From contig JAYZQJ010000099.1 of NCBI GenBank assembly GCA_036149055.1, positions 1-10,940 of the forward strand: DNA of 10,940 bases. Direction: 5' to 3'. Of the stretch, positions 7,901 through 10,940 are shown in pieces. A program made the position numbers and the translations under genes. The notes under the pieces were generated by a model that saw only the letters and a program-made list of their open reading frames with translations, ran no database searches and was not told where the DNA came from. The stretch is from Myxococcota bacterium. Its GTDB lineage: Bacteria; Myxococcota_A; Polyangia; Polyangiales; Sandaracinaceae. Positions within the stretch are counted from its first letter, which is position 1. Each line of letters opens with the position of its first letter.

Positions 7901-8815
7901 CAGCGCAACGCCCGCTACCGCGTGGCCGAGATGGCCTTCAAGTCGGAGCAGTGGAGCAACGCCGCCCGCGAGATGCAGTCGTTCATCGACCGCTACCGCA
8001 ACGATCGCGCGGCGACCGAGCTGGTCGTGCAGGCCTACCACCGCATCGCGGCGGCCCGGCGCGAGCAGCGGGCGCGAGAGAGCACCCAGCGCGACGCGCT
8101 GCAGGACGTCGTCAACGCGTTCCAGCGCATGAACGGCGAGCCCGGCAGCATCGCGGCCGAGTACGCCGCCGAGAGCCGCTTCCAGATCGTCGACCCGTCG
8201 ATGCAGCAGCTCGAGGGGCTCGAGGTCAACCCGGGCCGGCAGCGCACCACCGAGGCGTTCGTCAACGAGCTCAACAGCCAGATCCAGCAGGGCTCGACCC
8301 GCACCCAGACGACGGCCGAAGGCTACGAGCCGATCCTCGCCTACCGCCGCCCCACCTGGACCATCGCGGCGCTCACCCGTCAGGGCCGGGCCTACGAGAT
8401 CCTGGCGCGCGCGGTGCTCAACGCGACCATCACCATGCCCAGCGACCTCCAGAGCCAGATCCGTCGCGCCTCGCCCGAGGTGCAGGACGAGGTCCGGTTC
8501 ACGTTCGAGGATCGCGTCCGGCAGATCCTGGACGGGCAGGTCCGCCCCATCGAGTGCTACGCGGTCGTCCGCTACGCGCTCGCGGCGCGCGCCGCCGTCC
8601 GCGGCAACATCGACAACGAGTACTCGCAGGAGGCCATCGACCGCCTCCAGGCCTACGGCGAGGAGCGCATCGCGGAGTGCATCGAGCAGCAGCGCGGCCA
8701 GGACGCGAGCCTCGAGGCCTACCGCACCGGTGAGTTCCGGCGCGCTCGACGGGGCCAGCACATCGACATGGACAGCGGGGTCACCGCGCCGCCGCTCGCC
8801 CGGGAGGACGACTGA
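4901..8815 (+). CDS. Large exported TPR protein, GltD/AgmU/NfsD-like (1304 aa)
   Basis: SD GAGGAG 4887-4892; GTG overlaps the upstream TAG. Probable signal ending ARA|QEG. Many TPR motifs (FIRRYPDDPTYTPDAMFRLGELYYE, DGVYYLIGYCLNE, WLRIGEYHFD, ALYKVAWAYY, YLNNYPNSPNAYELQYNLADALF, DALINAARILE). Size and position upstream of a TPR lipoprotein and a GltF-like gene match GltD. Confidence 0.88.
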   Translation: MRVRLSNRSVPAALARAALLSAPTARAQEGDGPQGQPTGPVSTEPLPMPGPGESLSDMPPPPWANTADVPNPAFLDTTDRRIDDDRPPPSPEQVQALREMEAEVRAFMQAGGAYRGSVNSILVREYHRRRRERQAGYARQIREEERLQNEAMERAIRLFEAFIRRYPDDPTYTPDAMFRLGELYYERAAIAYQEAAAAGEAPGVPDFSETVELYRALIQRFPDYRRIDGVYYLIGYCLNEMARNEEARLAWLNLVCANRFEYTGEPPQAETPAEGEEGFSEEEHPALGLGGSLGNETTAFDDPYAGCTPVTPDARFVMEVWLRIGEYHFDFDFEPHALDRAISAYGKVLADPEDRNYNLALYKVAWAYYRASRYPEAIEHFARLIDWSDEQLRRTGRAGTELRREAVQYLGITFAYDDWNENQIPDQEEGMPRGIQRIQNPNVLPQDRGWTSEIYFELGQVYFEEAKYPEAVEVWELALSRWPNSSRAPEITAQIARAWQRHQEMERALEAQARLGDYREGSEWWNENMDNPVEQRRAEQLAEGALINDATRHHRQAQILRQEAVRERSEQRLQEALQEYNLAAQAYQAYLNNYPNSPNAYELQYNLADALFWSEQYEEAARVYAAVRDSNLDDRFLSESARRVVESLHRLVEQAEQDGSLDIRMGEEDIPEPTGTPPRVTPMEMPLMVQRLAQAREVYLARVPEEQDREQVRAAYDYNNALLLYYYGYWPQARQRFLRIYEERCSGPNANPTGQVAWDSLYNMAVAMGDTPEAERLSRDVQRRGCTFTPDGPTFESDEQREDWCEQAENADSPLCTAGTVLTNVRYQRALEIFTQAEGAQGDEQRRLYEQSATMLVNAVNDEPNHPQAPVALLQAALALERTQRFDSAGQIYQRVIDQVTPMLGDADGERETELEGILATAYFRLAYTANRFFDYDRAVQNYLQIADSRRFQDSRDTDMPERITDALINAARILEFQQNYRRAAEYYERAAGRLTDPADQRNARYRVAEMAFKSEQWSNAAREMQSFIDRYRNDRAATELVVQAYHRIAAARREQRARESTQRDALQDVVNAFQRMNGEPGSIAAEYAAESRFQIVDPSMQQLEGLEVNPGRQRTTEAFVNELNSQIQQGSTRTQTTAEGYEPILAYRRPTWTIAALTRQGRAYEILARAVLNATITMPSDLQSQIRRASPEVQDEVRFTFEDRVRQILDGQVRPIECYAVVRYALAARAAVRGNIDNEYSQEAIDRLQAYGEERIAECIEQQRGQDASLEAYRTGEFRRARRGQHIDMDSGVTAPPLAREDD

Positions 8816-10296
8816 TGCGAGCCCTGCCGTGGTCTGCGCTGCGCGCGCTCCTCTTCAGCGGCGTGATCCTCGGGCTCGGCGTCTTCGGCGCCGGCTGCGA
8901 CGAGGGCACCCAGGACGACGACGCCACGCCCGGCGACACCACCTCCGGCGGTGAGGACCCGGGCGGGGGAGGGCGCTCCGAGCTCGAGGCGCCCCCCGGG
9001 AGCGTCGAGCCCGACGACGACGACGAGCTCCCGCCCGGAGATCTCGAGAACCAGCCCGGCAACCCGCCCTCCGGCGGCGAAGGCGGCGGCGGGAGCCAGA
9101 GCCCCGAAGGCGATCAGGAGTCGCCCTGGGGCCGCCCGGAGGCCGACACCGGCCGCCCGCTCCCCCCGCGGCGCCCGATGAACGGCTCCGCCCAGAGCTC
9201 CTACCGGCGCGGCCTGCAGGCGGCGTCGTCCGGGAACCTGGAGCAGGCGCAGCAGGCCTTCCAGGAGGCGCTCCGCGCGGACGGCAACGCCTACAAGGCG
9301 GCCTACAACCTCGGCGTGCTCGCCGATCGCGCCGGGCAGGAGGCTCGGGCGCTGCAGCTCTACCAGCAGGCGCTGCGCATCCAGCCCGACTACGAGCGGG
9401 CGATCGAAGGCATCGCGCGCATCCACCTCCGCCGCGGCAACCCGAACGAGGCGGTGAGCTTCGTGCGGCCGCTCGCCGAGCAGTGGGTGCGCAACCTCGC
9501 CGTGCAGGCGATCTACGGCGACGTGCTCAGCCAGGCCAACCGCCCGGAGGAGGCGATCCAGGCCGCCCGCAGCGCGCTGCGTCGCGACGAGCGCTTCGTG
9601 CCGGCGATGGCCGTGCTGGTGAAGGCGAACCTCCGGCTGGGCCGCACCGAGCTGGCGCTGTCCATCCTCGAGCAGGCCCTCCAGACCAGCGACACCTACG
9701 CCGAGCTGCACTACCTGCGCGGCCGCATGCACCAGGAGGAGGGGCAGCTCCAGCCCGCGCTCGCCAGCTACCGGCGCGCGATCGAGCTCGAGCCCAGCTA
9801 CACCGAGGCCCGCATGGCGCTCGGCCTCCAGCAGCTCGCGGCCGGCAACTACCAGGAGGCGCTGCAGCAGTTCCAGACCGCGTCGCGGCTGGCGCCCGGC
9901 GTGCCCGCGGTGCGGCTCGCGCTCGGCGACGCGCTCCGCGCCACCAAGCAGTGGCAGCAGGCGCAGGCCGAGTTCGACCGCGTCCAGGAGATGGAGCCCC
10001 GCAACGCCGAGGTCCACTTCAACCTCGCGATGATGTACCGCGAGGCGGGCGAGCAGTTCCCGGGCATGAACAACCTGGAGGCGTACCAGCGCGCGGTCAG
10101 CGAGCTGAACCGCTACCGCGAGCTGATGGGCCCGAGCCTGCCGCGCGACGACCCGTCGAGCACCTACCTCGAAGAGCTGGGGCGCTTGATCGAGCGTGAG
10201 CAGCGCGCGATCGAGCGCGACCGGGCGAGGGCGGAGCGGGAGGCCGCGCGCGCCGCGCGTCAGGCCGAGGAAGCGCAGGAGGGCGGCGGCGAGTGA
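8815..10296 (+). CDS. TPR lipoprotein, GltE/AglT/NfsE-like (493 aa)
   Basis: SD GGAGG 8803-8807; TGATG overlap. Lipoprotein signal with lipobox GAG|C (Cys28, nt 8896-8898), a ~90-aa acidic Gly/Pro disordered tether, then tandem canonical TPRs (AAYNLGVLA, YQQALRIQPDY, YRRAIELEPSY, AEVHFNLAMMY) and a charged C-terminal helix. Confidence 0.88.
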   Translation: MRALPWSALRALLFSGVILGLGVFGAGCDEGTQDDDATPGDTTSGGEDPGGGGRSELEAPPGSVEPDDDDELPPGDLENQPGNPPSGGEGGGGSQSPEGDQESPWGRPEADTGRPLPPRRPMNGSAQSSYRRGLQAASSGNLEQAQQAFQEALRADGNAYKAAYNLGVLADRAGQEARALQLYQQALRIQPDYERAIEGIARIHLRRGNPNEAVSFVRPLAEQWVRNLAVQAIYGDVLSQANRPEEAIQAARSALRRDERFVPAMAVLVKANLRLGRTELALSILEQALQTSDTYAELHYLRGRMHQEEGQLQPALASYRRAIELEPSYTEARMALGLQQLAAGNYQEALQQFQTASRLAPGVPAVRLALGDALRATKQWQQAQAEFDRVQEMEPRNAEVHFNLAMMYREAGEQFPGMNNLEAYQRAVSELNRYRELMGPSLPRDDPSSTYLEELGRLIEREQRAIERDRARAEREAARAARQAEEAQEGGGE

Positions 10297-10333
10297 AGAG
10301 CTGGCTCGCGCCGACGTTCCAGAGGGAAGCACC

Positions 10334-10597
10334 ATGAAGACCATCCACGCACTCCTCCTCGCCAGCGCCTGCGCCGCCTGCGCGTGGCTCCTCGCCCCGA
10401 GCGACGCCGAGGCCCAGAGCTCGCGCGGCCGCCAGCCTCAGGTCATCCAGCTGGACGAGATCCGGATCGAAGGCCGCGTGCAGAAGCCCAACGCCTTCTA
10501 CATCCTGAACCGCAGCAACCTCGGCTACGAGGTTCTCGATCTCCGCACCAGCTTCGTGCGCGAGGTGATCCGCAGCGTCCAGGACGAGCCCTTCTGA
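10334..10597 (+). CDS. Small secreted protein, GltF/CglF/NfsF family-like (87 aa)
   Basis: True start is ATG 10334 after AGAGGGAAG, not 10196. Signal peptide MKTIHALLLASACAACAWLLAPSDAEA|Q. The mature part has IRIEGRVQKP...RTSFVREVIRSV, matching my recollection of the GltF family pattern (IEG-x3-KP ... F-x3-V-x2-SV). Expected size and position after a gltE-like gene. Confidence 0.85.
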   Translation: MKTIHALLLASACAACAWLLAPSDAEAQSSRGRQPQVIQLDEIRIEGRVQKPNAFYILNRSNLGYEVLDLRTSFVREVIRSVQDEPF

Positions 10598-10608
10598 GTT
10601 TCCTGGGC

Positions 10609-10806
10609 GGGGTCGGGTCCGACCCCTCCCCCCCGCTGCGCCGTCGGACCCGTCCCCGCTGCGGGTGCTCCGCACCCTCCGCAGTGACGGGTCCGCCGGC
10701 TCCGCGGGGCCCCCCCAACCCACTCCGCGCGCGTCGCTCCGCTCGCGCGCGACCCCAGCGCGGGGCGCTGGGTCCCCTGCGGCTCGCGCTCGCGCTGCGC
10801 GCGAGC
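10609..10806. repeat. Cluster of nested inverted repeats (REP/MITE-like structured intergenic element)
   Basis: Perfect stems: GGGGTCGG/CCGACCCC (10609-10626), CGGACCCGTC/GACGGGTCCG (10645-10654/10686-10695), GGGTGC/GCACCC (10663-10677), CGCGCGCG pair (10726-10751), CCCAGCGC/GCGCTGGG (10754-10772), GCTCGCGC/GCGCGAGC (10788-10806). Confidence 0.75.
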
Positions 10807-10844
10807 TGGCCGCCCGCTGCCGCGGGATCGAACGACTTGGGTGG

Positions 10845-10940
10845 CGCGTGCGGCGACTTCGCTTCGCTCGTCGCCTGCCGTCTCGCCGCGTGCGGCGACT
10901 TCGCTTCGCTCGTCGCCTGCCCTGTCGCCGCGCGCGACTT
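10845..10940. repeat. Tandem palindromic repeat, 42-bp period (two identical 35-bp units plus a degenerate third start at the window edge)
   Basis: CGCGTGCGGCGACTTCGCTTCGCTCGTCGCCTGCC occurs at 10845-10879 and 10887-10921, each followed by a 7-nt linker (GTCTCGC, CTGTCGC). A third partial unit CGCGCGCGACTT starts at 10929. Each unit has a GGCGAC/GTCGCC stem. Confidence 0.9.

Noticed and set aside
5650..10199. Alternative-frame plus-strand ORFs (5650-6600, 7236-7601, 7951-8733, 9483-10199 and similar)
   Set aside because: Arg/Pro/Gly- or Ser/Thr/Arg-rich off-frame translations nested in well-supported genes, as expected in high-GC DNA. There is no sign of a frameshift in the main frames.
10196..10333. 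ORF-track N-terminal extension of the small secreted protein
   Set aside because: It overlaps the upstream gene by ~100 nt and is Arg/Ser-rich off-frame sequence. ATG 10334 has an RBS and starts a signal peptide.
2358..10344. Very long antisense ORFs (2358-4778, 4712-8761, 8719-10344)
   Set aside because: They mirror the real plus-strand genes codon for codon. Strong GC3 bias removes antisense stops, and the translations (rich in L/V/A/R/G/H, no motifs) are typical shadow ORFs.
10609..10630. Rho-independent terminator after the operon
   Set aside because: The hairpin is present but has no following U-tract on either strand, and it is part of a larger palindromic element.
10845..10940. Possible CRISPR array (35-bp palindromic direct repeats)
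   Set aside because: The intervening sequences are only 7 nt and similar to each other. There is no AT-rich leader and no cas gene in the window.

Overview
High-GC (about 70% or more by eye) bacterial DNA, most likely from a myxobacterium (Myxococcota; inferred from gene families and codon style). Two units diverge from a ~340-bp intergenic region. On the minus strand are an ECF sigma-70 factor (1334-720) and a membrane-anchored zinc-finger (ZAS/zf-HC2) anti-sigma factor (708 to beyond the left edge) that the ORF track misses. On the plus strand is a five-gene operon of exported proteins, the first four with overlapping stop/start codons: a coiled-coil/beta-sandwich protein (1675-2481), a TPR + coiled-coil protein (2478-4901), a 1304-aa TPR protein (4901-8815), a TPR lipoprotein (8815-10296) and an 87-aa secreted protein (10334-10597). 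Order, sizes and motifs match the gltC-gltD-gltE-gltF core of Agl-Glt/Nfs-type envelope machines. It is probably an uncharacterised paralogous cluster rather than the gliding locus itself. The last ~330 bp is a densely palindromic non-coding element with seven GC-GNA-GC mini-hairpin motifs, all on the minus strand, and a 42-bp-period tandem repeat running off the window. All family assignments come from motif recognition; no searches were run.
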